Of a stretch of 64,000 nt of DNA, positions 45,788 through 55,559 are shown one piece after another. The DNA lies in contig CAYQPW010000001.1 of the NCBI GenBank assembly GCA_964419565.1, forward strand, positions 88,754 to 152,753, in the 5' to 3' direction. A program made the translations under genes and the position numbers. The stretch's first letter is position 1. The number at the start of each line of letters is the position of its first letter. This stretch comes from an uncultured bacterium (lineage in GTDB: Bacteria; Hydrothermota; Tepidihabitantia; SM23-42). The notes under the pieces are model-generated. The model searched no databases. It saw only the letters and a list, made by a program, of their open reading frames with translations, and was not told the DNA's origin.

Positions 45788-47629
45788 CTATTTCAATAAC
45801 ATCTTGCATATACCTTCGACTGCTATCTTGCCGTCGGCGATCGCGGTTACTGCGTCGAGGTTACGATTAACAATGTCTCCACCGGCAAAGATACGGGCGA
45901 TCGATGTCTGTCCATTTTCGTCGACGCGGACCTTGCCTCGATCAAATTGTAATTCGTCCTTAAGGACTTTTGGCAAATACGAGAAATCAGCCATCTGTCC
46001 GACCGCCTCGATGATCATATCGCCGTTAATCGTTTTATTTTTTTCTTCATAGAATGTCGGGGCAAATCTTCCTTGTTCATCGAACACGGATTTTACCGCC
46101 TTGCATTCGAGTCCGATAATTTTTTTGTTTTTTAATAGAATTTTTTTCGGACCCCATGATACATTGAACAAAACTCCTTCTTCTTTGGCTTCGGTGTGTT
46201 CTTCCTCGGTCGCCGGGATGATATCCCACGATTCAAGACAGACAATATTGACCGAGGTTTTCTCACCAGGATATTGCATGTGTTGTAATCTAACGCAGGT
46301 CCGGGCAACGTCCATTGCCACATTACCACCGCCGATAATAATGATATTTTTACCGACTTTGATTTTCTTGCCGGATTTGACCTTGGTCAGAAAATCAATG
46401 GCCTGGGGAGCCATTTGCTCGTTCTCGAGTTTGATGTACCTTCCTTTGCACATGCCGGTGCTGATGTATACGGCATCGGCATTATCATAGATAGCCTCGA
46501 ATTTTATATCCTTGCCTACCTCGGTATTGAATTTAAATTTAACACCTAATGACTCTATATAATGTATGTCCCGGTCAATAATATCCAACGGCAGCCGGTA
46601 TTGCGGCGGTCCTATTCTCAGCATACCGCCGCCGCCGGGCAGGGAATCGTAGACAGTGACCCGATGACCTTTGAGTCTTAAGAAATGTGCGACTGTCAGA
46701 CCGGATGCTCCAGCACCGATCACCGCGATTTTTTTAGCTGTATCCGAAGCGACTTTTGGCTTTAATGCCTCTCTGAAATCGACAACCTCATCAGCGACAA
46801 ATCTCTTGAGCCATCTGATTGCCAGGGGCTTGCCGCGTATGCCAATAGAGCAGGCATCCTCGCAATGCTTCATGCATATCCTGCCGCATATTGAAGGGAT
46901 CGGATTGTCTTCAAATACTTTTCTGAGCGATTCTTCGTAGTTGCCCTGGGCGATCGCTTTGATATAGTCTGATATTTTGAGGTGAGCCGGGCAGGCTTCT
47001 TCACAGAGCTTACACTCTAAGCAGCGCGCTGCTTCAGCCCGTGCTTTTTCCTCAGAATATCCCAAAACCATTTCAACAAAAGATTTTTTCCGATCGGCTG
47101 GTTCGATCACGTCCATGAAGACCCGTTCGGGTTCGAACAAAGCGAATTTTAGATCGGAAGTAAATCCTTCATAATCCTTTTTTCGGTGGGTGAGACTGGC
47201 TTTGAAAATAGAATATTTCTCAGCGGGTAAGAAGTGCTCATTATCTGATTTCTGATCTTTGGCAAGTAAGGTAAAACTTTTCGTGTCGAAGTGGATATGA
47301 AAATAATCTCTTGATAACCTCAGGCAGCCGGGCGGACATACATCGACACATAAACCGCAAAAGCAGCACCGTCCATAATCGATTTGAGGGCGTTCATTTT
47401 TCTCGCCTGGTTTTGGCTTAATTCCAGGGATTTCGATCATGGTGATCGCCTCATTCGGGCATATGTCAAGGCAGTTGCCGCAGCCCGTACATTTTTCCCA
47501 ATCGTTGAGATGGAGGCCCCGGTATCTTTCAGCCGGTTCCTTGGGTTCGAATGGGTATCTCAGTGTTTTCGGTTTTTTAAAAAGATATCTGATCGCTTTA
47601 AAAGGACTAAAGATATTTGGTTTGCCCAT
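45788..47629 (-). CDS. fusion of NuoI/MbxN-like 2x[4Fe-4S] ferredoxin subunit with GltD/SudA-like NAD(P)H-dependent FAD/FeS oxidoreductase (613 aa)
   Basis: N-terminal ...LRYPFEP.EPAERYRGLHLNDWEKCTGCGNCLDICPNEAI...YGRCCFCGLCVDVCPPG is NuoI-type. From ~aa 190: ...CLECKLCEEACPAH... and ...ICGRICMKHCEDAC... (GltD FeS motifs), KIAVIGAGASGLTVAHFL (FAD GxGxxG), IIIIGGGNVAMDVART (NAD(P)H site). Last gene of the cluster, 10 nt after the nuoD-like gene. Confidence 0.8.
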   Translation of the reverse strand: MGKPNIFSPFKAIRYLFKKPKTLRYPFEPKEPAERYRGLHLNDWEKCTGCGNCLDICPNEAITMIEIPGIKPKPGEKNERPQIDYGRCCFCGLCVDVCPPGCLRLSRDYFHIHFDTKSFTLLAKDQKSDNEHFLPAEKYSIFKASLTHRKKDYEGFTSDLKFALFEPERVFMDVIEPADRKKSFVEMVLGYSEEKARAEAARCLECKLCEEACPAHLKISDYIKAIAQGNYEESLRKVFEDNPIPSICGRICMKHCEDACSIGIRGKPLAIRWLKRFVADEVVDFREALKPKVASDTAKKIAVIGAGASGLTVAHFLRLKGHRVTVYDSLPGGGGMLRIGPPQYRLPLDIIDRDIHYIESLGVKFKFNTEVGKDIKFEAIYDNADAVYISTGMCKGRYIKLENEQMAPQAIDFLTKVKSGKKIKVGKNIIIIGGGNVAMDVARTCVRLQHMQYPGEKTSVNIVCLESWDIIPATEEEHTEAKEEGVLFNVSWGPKKILLKNKKIIGLECKAVKSVFDEQGRFAPTFYEEKNKTINGDMIIEAVGQMADFSYLPKVLKDELQFDRGKVRVDENGQTSIARIFAGGDIVNRNLDAVTAIADGKIAVEGICKMLLK

Positions 47630-47639
47630 TCACTACCTC

Positions 47640-48737
47640 CTAGCGGTCTATCTCAGGAGCAACCACATACAGGCTTATCATAATGTTACCGACATCAGCG
47701 ATACTGGCATTCTTCAGTAGCTTTTCCAAAATTACGAGTCCGTGCGTGTATGACGGTGTTCTGAAGTGCACCCGGTAAGGTTTGTCTCCGCCGTCGCTCA
47801 CCAGGTAAAGCCCGAGTTCTCCCCGTGATGACTCGACTCTCACATATGCATCGCCCGGGGGAATGGTCCATTTGAACGGGTTGGGGATCCGGTTATATAC
47901 TTCACCTTTGGGTAGATTATCAAGCAATTTGAATATCATGTGAACACTTTCGATCATTTCATCCCTGATTACCCATACCCGGGAATAGGCATCGCCATCT
48001 TCTCTTATCGGCACCTCAAAATCAACTTTCTGATAGGCAGCATACGGCTCAATTTTTCTGATATCGGATTTTAATCCGGTAGCGCGTATTACCTGGCCGA
48101 CCCCACCCATTTTTATCGCTTCTGCTTGCGTGATTTTGCCGATATCTTTGGCGCGTTCGTAAAACAGACGGTTATTAAAGAATGTCGCGTCATAGTCAGG
48201 CACACATTTGCCAATAGAGTGGAGTGTAGATACCATCCTGTCCTCAAAGCCCCGGGGAAAATCACGACGTACGCCGCCGGGCCAGATGTAGATGTGATAA
48301 ACCCGGCCGCCGGTGAGCTCTTCGAACAGATCGAGGATAAGGTCGCGGTGATACATCGCCCACTGGGCGACCGTATCAAAGCCAAGCATATTGGCATATG
48401 CCCACAGACCAAAAAGGTGCGAGCCGACGCGGGCAAGTTCAAGGTAAATGCTTCTGATATGGTGCGCTCTTTCAGGGACTTCGATGCCAGCGAGTTTTTC
48501 CACAGCCATCGAATACACCATTTCCATATGATCGGGCTCCACGACATTTATTCGGCACACCAGAGGGAAATTCTGGATCCAGGTTCGATACTCCATGAGT
48601 TTTTCAAAACCCCGATGAAGATATCCAGGATTGGCGGTCGCTTGAATGATACGGTCACCTTCGACTTTGAGGGTAATACTGAAGTTTCCTACCATGCCAA
48701 GATGTTGAGGACCAAAAAAGAGTTCCAGTTCTCTCAT
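47640..48737 (-). CDS. NuoD / Mbx-L-like 49-kDa-family subunit lacking NiFe-ligand cysteines
   Basis: ...FGPQHLGMVG... and ...NPGYLHRGFEKL... are NuoD-like. No RxCGxCxxxH near the N-terminus. The C-terminus ...SLYVVAPEIDR has no DPCxxCxxH/R. Confidence 0.8.
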   Translation of the reverse strand: MRELELFFGPQHLGMVGNFSITLKVEGDRIIQATANPGYLHRGFEKLMEYRTWIQNFPLVCRINVVEPDHMEMVYSMAVEKLAGIEVPERAHHIRSIYLELARVGSHLFGLWAYANMLGFDTVAQWAMYHRDLILDLFEELTGGRVYHIYIWPGGVRRDFPRGFEDRMVSTLHSIGKCVPDYDATFFNNRLFYERAKDIGKITQAEAIKMGGVGQVIRATGLKSDIRKIEPYAAYQKVDFEVPIREDGDAYSRVWVIRDEMIESVHMIFKLLDNLPKGEVYNRIPNPFKWTIPPGDAYVRVESSRGELGLYLVSDGGDKPYRVHFRTPSYTHGLVILEKLLKNASIADVGNIMISLYVVAPEIDR

Positions 48738-49219
48738 TTGTCCTCCTTGACAAAGGGGATCTCATCGAAATACTCTTTCACATACTTTCTTGTATCGAAG
48801 TCCTTACGAAAAGGCGGTATTTCATAATCTCTTTCCAAAAAGAGCGGGATCTGTCTGGGGTGCCCTTTAAAATCAATGCCGAAGAGTTCGTGTATTTCCC
48901 TTTCATAGGGTTCGGCATTTTCGAAAATATCGATAACAGTCCTGAAATCTAACTTTTTGCGCGGGATATTAGTTTTTAGAATAATATGATCGTTTTCAGA
49001 ATAGGAACTAAGGATATACACCAATTCCAGTTTTTCCTTATCGATCCAGTCCACGCATGAGATCAGGGCAAGATGAATGTATCCTTGATCCTTTAATGAT
49101 TTCAGAACATCTCCTGTACTATCCATGGGCACTGAGATAACAAGCCGACCGTTTTTTTCAGTCGATATTTCAATCCCGCGAAAGATCGCCTTCAGTTTCC
49201 TTTTTATTGAATTATCCAT
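48734..49219 (-). CDS. NuoC / Mbx-K-like 30-kDa-family subunit
   Basis: 161 aa, ...ERDYEIPPFRKD... Overlaps its neighbours by 4 and 8 nt. Confidence 0.7.
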   Translation of the reverse strand: MDNSIKRKLKAIFRGIEISTEKNGRLVISVPMDSTGDVLKSLKDQGYIHLALISCVDWIDKEKLELVYILSSYSENDHIILKTNIPRKKLDFRTVIDIFENAEPYEREIHELFGIDFKGHPRQIPLFLERDYEIPPFRKDFDTRKYVKEYFDEIPFVKEDK

Positions 49220-49778
49220 TTCGCTTATTTATGTTATATAGGGGGGGCCAGGCGAGTTTACCCAATGCCCTTTCCTGGTTTTTCCGGTAGTACGTGTATT
49301 TTTCTCGGTACTTTTTGTAGCCATTAGCCATTTCCTTATCGATCAGGGTCCAGAGGTGAGTAACCGCGATGAAGATTGCCTCTGGTCTTGGCATGCACCC
49401 AGCGATCCATCCATCAACAGGAATATATTTATCAAGATGTTTTATGGTATTGTAGGAATCCCAGTACATGCCGCCATTTATCGGGCAGGACCCAAAGCCG
49501 ACCGTGTATTTTGGCTCAGGCATCTGCTCGTACGTTCTGATGATCGCCTTGAGTGTTTTCAAAGAAACATACCCGGTGATCAAGAACAAGTTTGCCTGTC
49601 TCGGCGAGCCCACGGGAATTACTCCGAATCGTTCAGCATCCCATCTGGTCGTTATCACCGGCGGCACTTCAATGATCCCGCAGCCCGTGCAAAAATAAAC
49701 CGCCCACAAGGAATATTTGTTACCCATTTTTTGTGGTTGTTTGAACCACTTTGTAAGCACATTTCTATCCATAGCCAC
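49212..49778 (-). CDS. NuoB / Mbx-J-like 20-kDa (PSST) subunit carrying the N2-type [4Fe-4S] site
   Basis: ...FCTGCGIIE..., ...GSCPINGG..., ...GCMPRPEA... cysteine motifs. 188 aa. Confidence 0.75.
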   Translation of the reverse strand: MAMDRNVLTKWFKQPQKMGNKYSLWAVYFCTGCGIIEVPPVITTRWDAERFGVIPVGSPRQANLFLITGYVSLKTLKAIIRTYEQMPEPKYTVGFGSCPINGGMYWDSYNTIKHLDKYIPVDGWIAGCMPRPEAIFIAVTHLWTLIDKEMANGYKKYREKYTYYRKNQERALGKLAWPPLYNINKRNG

Positions 49779-50655
49779 CCCATATGTATGTGATGATCAA
49801 TCCAGCCAGGGCAAGAATTGTTGGCCAGGTCCAATTAAAACGGATCGCCTGTTCAATTCTAAACCTCGGAAAGACCGCGTTAATGAAAACTCCAAGGACA
49901 AACACGATCACCATTTTGAGCAGGAATGTAAAAGGCTCGCCTGCACCGCCTAAGAATAAATTTACAAACAGCGCGATCACGATAAAGCGACGGAAGGCGT
50001 GTTCAATATAATAAAGTGCTAAGAACTTACCGCTGTATTCCACTTTCAATCCAGAAGATATTTCCTGGGGCGCTTCGACCATATCGAATGGCCTGATGCC
50101 GAGCATTGCCGGTAAGATCAGAAAATAAGCGATGCCGGCTAAGGGAAGGGAAACGATACCCCAACTTGATGCTCTTTGAAAATGAACCAGGTTGACGAGT
50201 GATATCGTCCGGTAATAGAACATTAGCGTCAGCACGATCAATAGAAAGGGCACCTCATAGCTCAAGGCGAGAAGCATTTTGCGGGAAATACCGATACTGA
50301 TGTTAGGATTGGAACCACTGCCCCCGGACAAGGCGATGCCGATCGGAGCAAGGAGCATGAGGTAAAGGACCACGAGTAACCCGCCTGAAATATTGAGCGG
50401 GCATATATTGCCGATCGGAATAAACAATAATGTCACGACACTACCGGCCAATGATAACAACAATCCCAGTTCAAATATCACCCCGTGGGAAACGCTTTTT
50501 TGCAAGAACAGCTTTATTATATCGATTACCGGTTGATAGAGCGGCGGACCATAGCGCCAGTGTATCCGGGCCATTATTATTCTGAACAACCCCATAAAGA
50601 ATATTCCGATAACGAATCCGATGACCGGTGAGAGTATAAAGCCTGCCACACCCAT
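49765..50655 (-). CDS. NuoH / Mbx-M-like membrane subunit
   Basis: Start moved to the ATG at 50655 (4 nt after the upstream stop; the track ORF began at 50763 inside the upstream gene). ...RIHWRYGPPLYQPVIDIIKLF... 8 TM helices. Confidence 0.7.
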   Translation of the reverse strand: MGVAGFILSPVIGFVIGIFFMGLFRIIMARIHWRYGPPLYQPVIDIIKLFLQKSVSHGVIFELGLLLSLAGSVVTLLFIPIGNICPLNISGGLLVVLYLMLLAPIGIALSGGSGSNPNISIGISRKMLLALSYEVPFLLIVLTLMFYYRTISLVNLVHFQRASSWGIVSLPLAGIAYFLILPAMLGIRPFDMVEAPQEISSGLKVEYSGKFLALYYIEHAFRRFIVIALFVNLFLGGAGEPFTFLLKMVIVFVLGVFINAVFPRFRIEQAIRFNWTWPTILALAGLIITYIWGGYG

Positions 50656-50659
50656 GATA

Positions 50660-52528
50660 TTACCAAGGCCTCCAGATAAGCTGCACACAGATGAGCACCG
50701 CAAGAAATAACATAATATAGATGACGTAATTACCCAAATCTCCGGTATACATACGCCTGACAAATTCAGCGAGCTTTTCGCTAATTTTGCCGATCCACAC
50801 GTAGAACTGGTCTATTCTATCCTTTAACCACGGTTTGACCATTGTGTAAAAAGGATTATAAAAATCCACGGTATAATGGTATTTATCTGCAGGTACATAT
50901 GCACCTGCAGCATAGGAGTTATCCTGGGATACCAGCACCGATTTACCGCCGGTGCGGAATATTATGTAGACGATAAAAACTAATACTATGATAGCAGCAA
51001 ATATATTGATCGTATTCAGAGTGCCTGTTTCCGAGGCAATGCCCCAAAGATTGACACCCAGTGATTCGAATCCCAAAGAGATGCCGATCGAGTTGATGAT
51101 ATTCAATCCGAGACCGGGAAGGATGCCAAATATAATAGTGACTGCACACAATATTACCATTGGCAGCCGCATGCTAAAAGGAGCACTCTTTATATTTTTA
51201 TGCTTTTCCGAGAGCTGCCCCAGAAACATGTTGTGTAATAGTTTGTAGATCGCCAGTAAACTCCCCCACGTTCCGATCAAAGCCGCAAAAGCAAGGAAAG
51301 GAGAGCCGTTAAGAATCAGTGTTTTATAAATCAACCACTTGGAGACAAACCCATTCGTAAGGGGGATGCCGATCAAACCGCATGCCCCTACCAGGGTGGC
51401 GATAAAGGTAACCGGCATTTTATTTGCCAGGCCGCCTAAGGAATTTAGATCCCTGACCCCGCCGGTCCGGAATTCGACCGCACCGACCGCAAGAAAGAGG
51501 AGTGCTTTGAATATCGCATGGTTGAAAAAATGGAATATTCCGCCGGCTAGTCCCAGACTTGTACCAAAGGCGATGCCCAGGATAATGTAGCCGCATTGTC
51601 CAATACTCGACCAGGCAAGCAATTTCTTGGCATCGTCTTGAAAAACCGCGATGAAGTTGGGGATGACAATGGTGATGCCCGCGAGCAAACATAGAATATA
51701 ATGAAAACTCAGTCGCCCCTGCCCCAGATAGAGAAATATCCGCGACCCGAGCATTATATAGAATATCATGAGAAAACCAAAGGTTCCCATCTTCGCGAGC
51801 ATGCCAGAAAGCAAAGCAGTAAAGGGACTGGGTGATTCAGTATAAGCCGAAGGTACCCAGACGTGAAGCGGCATGAGGCCATTTTTTATTCCGAAAGCAA
51901 TGCAGAACATGATAAGGATGAAGACTATATAACCACGAGGAGCGCTGGCAATAAAACCTGCGATCTGCGAAATATCGAATGTTCCGAAATTCCCATATAT
52001 TGAAAGGATCCCCACTAACATGCATAACGAGCCGGCAAGAGATATTATAATGTATTTCAAACCTGCCGCCAGGGCCGGACCTTTATTATAGCTTACCAGC
52101 ACAAAAATACTCCAGGACATGATCTCCCAGAAAACGTAGAATGAGATCAGGTCACCGGACATGACAATACCGAGCATGCTGGTGCTTACCAATAGCATCA
52201 TCATATAGTAAAGACCGAGTCTTGTTTTATCTTTCATGTAGCTCAATGAGAAGATTATTGACATGGTGCTCAGTACGGTGATGGTAATGGCAAAGAGCCA
52301 GGAAAGATTATTGATCCTCAAGATCAGGGGATGGTCAAAGAACCTGGCGTACACTAATTCTTTTCCATAACCGTGTAGTCCTGCTACCATGAGTACGAGC
52401 ACTGAAGAGATAAAAATGGCAAAACCATTGCGCACATTTTGCGAGACCTTACCTAAAAGATAGGTCAGAAATGCGCCTCCCAGGGCGACGATGAGCAGGT
52501 TATTGAATATGATATCAGGGTAAGACAC
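50660..52528 (-). CDS. MrpA/MrpD-like (NuoL/M/N family) antiporter-type membrane subunit (Mbx-H'-like), 622 aa
   Basis: Polytopic protein of the NuoL/M/N proton-pumping family. Overlaps the upstream gene by 14 nt. Confidence 0.75.
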   Translation of the reverse strand: MSYPDIIFNNLLIVALGGAFLTYLLGKVSQNVRNGFAIFISSVLVLMVAGLHGYGKELVYARFFDHPLILRINNLSWLFAITITVLSTMSIIFSLSYMKDKTRLGLYYMMMLLVSTSMLGIVMSGDLISFYVFWEIMSWSIFVLVSYNKGPALAAGLKYIIISLAGSLCMLVGILSIYGNFGTFDISQIAGFIASAPRGYIVFILIMFCIAFGIKNGLMPLHVWVPSAYTESPSPFTALLSGMLAKMGTFGFLMIFYIMLGSRIFLYLGQGRLSFHYILCLLAGITIVIPNFIAVFQDDAKKLLAWSSIGQCGYIILGIAFGTSLGLAGGIFHFFNHAIFKALLFLAVGAVEFRTGGVRDLNSLGGLANKMPVTFIATLVGACGLIGIPLTNGFVSKWLIYKTLILNGSPFLAFAALIGTWGSLLAIYKLLHNMFLGQLSEKHKNIKSAPFSMRLPMVILCAVTIIFGILPGLGLNIINSIGISLGFESLGVNLWGIASETGTLNTINIFAAIIVLVFIVYIIFRTGGKSVLVSQDNSYAAGAYVPADKYHYTVDFYNPFYTMVKPWLKDRIDQFYVWIGKISEKLAEFVRRMYTGDLGNYVIYIMLFLAVLICVQLIWRPW

Positions 52529-53990
52529 TTCTGATATATTCTCCTCTGTCCAGGAGCATACCTGCAGCTGAGTTGAGTATTTTGCTGAGTACTTCTGGAT
52601 ATATGCCGATACCGACTACTAGTACCATTAAAATGCATATCGGGATAAGAACTGCGAGTGATGTATTCTTTCGTGTTTGGTCAGGATCTTTGTTGCTTTC
52701 TTTGAAGTAAATGATTTGGATCACTTTAAGGAAATAAGCACATTCAATGACTGTCGCTAGCAATACGAATCCAAGAAGAATAGTCAGCAAAAGATCATGT
52801 TGGACCAGTGTTGCTTCGACAATGAGAAATTTTGACGCAAATCCCACAAAAGGGGGAAAACCGATGAGCGAAAAAACGCCGATGACAAAAGCAAGGGAAA
52901 TCACCGGCAGTTTTTTCCCCATACCTGCCAGGGAATCGATCTCCATCGAACCCGAGCGATAGATCATATACCCGACCGTAAGAAAGAGCAGCGCTTTAGC
53001 CAGTGCGTGGGAGGTGATCTGAAACAGTGCTCCTTTTATTCCGAGAGCACTGGCAAGGCCAAATGCAAAGATAATAAGACCGATCTGGCCGGTCGATGAA
53101 TAAGCGAGCATTCTTTTTATGTTGTTCTGGCGGAAAGCGGCCAATTCTCCCACGAGCAGGGTGATCAAGCCTATAAACAAAAGGAAATGAAGAAGGCTGC
53201 TTGCTCCGAATAGCGTAAAGATGATCCTCATGATCGAGTAGACCCCCATCTTTATCGCGATGCTGGATAGGATTGCCGAGATCGAGGAAGGTGCCGAAGA
53301 GTGCGCATCAGGTAGCCAGGCATTGAGCGGGATTATTGCTGCTTCGACGCCGAATCCAGTGATCAAAAGAGCCAGCGGTAAAAATGCGGATAACGGTGTG
53401 ATCGAGTGAATATGTTTCGCAATGTGCGCCATATTAAGCGTTCCAAAATAGCCATAGAGCAATGCAATACCCATGAGGATCAATCCCGAGCCAACCGTGC
53501 CCTGGATCAAATATTTTATGCCTGCTTCAATACCTGGTTTGTCCTGGTTATATGCAACGAGCGCGTACGATGAGATGCAGAGGATCTCAAAGAACACGAA
53601 TAGATTAAATATGTCACCGGTAAGAACGATCCCGGTTGCACCAACCAGGAGCAAGAGATACAACATGTGATAACTTTGGGTGGCGCCTTTTTTGATATAA
53701 TCGACAGCGTAAATGGAGATCATCAATCCGACCAGGGCGATGAGCACGGCCAAGAACACGGCCAGAGGATCGACCATCAGGTTTATGCCGAAAGGCGCGG
53801 GAAACCCACCCAGGCTGATAATGATCGGTGCTTGGAGTACCCGGGGGATAAGGGTGATAGCGGCAGCAAGATTAAAAATCATCCCCAGAATAGGGATATA
53901 TTTTGTGATTTTTTTCGAAATAAAGCCAAACAAAGGTATGGTGAAAGTTAAGCCCAAGGGTATGACTATTAAGAGTACGGGGTTTACCAT
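52515..53990 (-). CDS. MrpD-like (NuoM/N family) antiporter-type membrane subunit (Mbx-H-like), 491 aa
   Basis: Same family as the preceding gene. Confidence 0.75.
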   Translation of the reverse strand: MVNPVLLIVIPLGLTFTIPLFGFISKKITKYIPILGMIFNLAAAITLIPRVLQAPIIISLGGFPAPFGINLMVDPLAVFLAVLIALVGLMISIYAVDYIKKGATQSYHMLYLLLLVGATGIVLTGDIFNLFVFFEILCISSYALVAYNQDKPGIEAGIKYLIQGTVGSGLILMGIALLYGYFGTLNMAHIAKHIHSITPLSAFLPLALLITGFGVEAAIIPLNAWLPDAHSSAPSSISAILSSIAIKMGVYSIMRIIFTLFGASSLLHFLLFIGLITLLVGELAAFRQNNIKRMLAYSSTGQIGLIIFAFGLASALGIKGALFQITSHALAKALLFLTVGYMIYRSGSMEIDSLAGMGKKLPVISLAFVIGVFSLIGFPPFVGFASKFLIVEATLVQHDLLLTILLGFVLLATVIECAYFLKVIQIIYFKESNKDPDQTRKNTSLAVLIPICILMVLVVGIGIYPEVLSKILNSAAGMLLDRGEYIRSVLP

Positions 53991-54325
53991 TTTAATTCTT
54001 TGATCTTACGCACATCGAGTGTACCATAATGACGGTACAATCTTATGACCAGGGAAAGAGCAAGGGCAAGGGTCGCGACACCGATTACGATCGCCGTGAG
54101 AACCAGAGCCTGGGGGATCGGGTCAACCATGAGTGACGGATTGAGTTTGTCCTTTGAAAAAATCGGAGCGGTGCCCCCTTTTATGTAACCGGTGCATACA
54201 AGAAGTATAAAAATCCCGGTTTCGAATATATCGAGTCCGATAATGACTTTGATCAAATTTCTCTTGGTGAGAACGATATACAACCCGATAATTATTAAAC
54301 CGATCGCTCCGATATAATAGATCAT
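53984..54325 (-). CDS. MrpC / NuoK-like small membrane subunit (Mbx-G-like)
   Basis: 113 aa, ...LTKRNLIKVIIGLDIFETGIFILLVCTGY...PQALVLTAIVIG... Confidence 0.7.
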   Translation of the reverse strand: MIYYIGAIGLIIIGLYIVLTKRNLIKVIIGLDIFETGIFILLVCTGYIKGGTAPIFSKDKLNPSLMVDPIPQALVLTAIVIGVATLALALSLVIRLYRHYGTLDVRKIKELKW

Positions 54326-55014
54326 GGTTCCTCTATTAACCTGTCCAGAACTCCGGTCAGTTCAGCACCGACTTTAAAGCCGATCGCAACATAGATGATC
54401 GGAATGATCCCGGCGCTGAACAACTCATTGGGCAGTCCTTTGGGCAAGTAATTAGCAAGAAAGTAACCGCTGTATAGCAGTCCCAAGAGGCCGATCACCA
54501 CAAAAACAAGCCCGCCAATAGATTCAGTTATTTTCGCAGCACTTTTATTGATGCCGCGCCATTTCCAGCATCCCAGCATGGTCAGCAGAAAACCCGAGGC
54601 AATTATCGCTCCGCCCTGGAATCCTCCGCCTGGAGTTAAGTGACCGTGGATGAAAATATAGGCGCCGAAAAGCATGGTCAACGGGAATAAGAATCTGCAC
54701 CCCGTGTAAAGGATCAAACTGCTTTTCCTGCCTTCTTTTTTCGGTTTTTTTTCTTCCTGATGAAGTACTGCGGACAGACCGATCGCCGCGAGAAATAGAA
54801 CTGTCACTTCACCGAGCGTGTCGAAACCGCGATAATTAACGACCACTGAAGTGACGATGTTGGTGGCTCCGGTATCTTTGATCCCGTTGTCGATATAGTA
54901 TTCTCTTACCTTGCTTAATGATCGACCGAATGGTATTTCTGTTAAACAAAAAATTACTCCGCTTAAAAGTATTGCCAGCAGGATAAGGCTAACTATTTTT
55001 CTCATCGTCCTCAT
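54322..55014 (-). CDS. MrpB-like membrane subunit (Mbx-F-like) with C-terminal extension
   Basis: ...GATNIVTSVVVNYRGFDTLGEVTVLFLAAIG... 230 aa. Confidence 0.65.
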   Translation of the reverse strand: MRTMRKIVSLILLAILLSGVIFCLTEIPFGRSLSKVREYYIDNGIKDTGATNIVTSVVVNYRGFDTLGEVTVLFLAAIGLSAVLHQEEKKPKKEGRKSSLILYTGCRFLFPLTMLFGAYIFIHGHLTPGGGFQGGAIIASGFLLTMLGCWKWRGINKSAAKITESIGGLVFVVIGLLGLLYSGYFLANYLPKGLPNELFSAGIIPIIYVAIGFKVGAELTGVLDRLIEEP

Positions 55015-55240
55015 GCCTTTTTGTCTTTTTTAAAGCTATGACAAATATCGCCACCGTAAGTGCCGCGCCAATCGAGGCTTCAGCCATGGCAACATCTGGA
55101 GCGTTGAGCAGGAAGAACAATATCGCCGCGATAAAACTGACGAAACCAGCGGCGATCACCGCATTTAACAGGTTTTTAAAAGTCCCGGCGCTGACTGCAG
55201 CGACCAGCATCACCAGAACAAGAATTATTTCAAGAATCAT
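54989..55240 (-). CDS. small membrane subunit, DUF4040 / MrpA-C-terminal-domain-like (Mbx-D-like)
   Basis: 83 aa, ...FFLLNAPDVAMAEASIGAALTVAIFVIAL... Confidence 0.55.
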   Translation of the reverse strand: MILEIILVLVMLVAAVSAGTFKNLLNAVIAAGFVSFIAAILFFLLNAPDVAMAEASIGAALTVAIFVIALKKTKRHEDDEKNS

Positions 55241-55559
55241 TTTCTTCCTTGCAAAGATCTTTTGATTGGTTCACTTTTGTTTTGTCGCAAAGAGAAACAC
55301 CGGACAGGCAGGAAGCCCGACCGAGCGCGTGGCTGGATATTGGATTCGTTAATAAAACAAATACCGCAATGACCAGAGTCGTCCAGAACCAGGAAGGTTC
55401 GAGTATGCCGACGCCGATAATCGTACAGAATGCTCCCAGGGTGGTGCATTTCGTGCCCGCCTGTAATCGGTTATACACGTCGGGCATCCGGTATACGCCG
55501 AGCGAACCAAGGAATAAAAATAACACGCCAAAGCCGGTCACGAACCAGCCAATGATCAT
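55230..55559 (-). CDS. MrpG-like subunit (Mbx-C-like)
   Basis: ...GSLGVYRMPDVYNRLQAGTKCTTLG... matches the MnhG/PhaG family. Confidence 0.7.
   Translation of the reverse strand: MIIGWFVTGFGVLFLFLGSLGVYRMPDVYNRLQAGTKCTTLGAFCTIIGVGILEPSWFWTTLVIAVFVLLTNPISSHALGRASCLSGVSLCDKTKVNQSKDLCKEENDS

Noticed and set aside
47640-49778. Annotating nuoB/C/D-like genes as a [NiFe] group-4 membrane-bound hydrogenase (Mbh/Ech)
   Set aside because: The large subunit lacks all four NiFe cysteine ligands. No hyp/hyc maturation genes are in the window.
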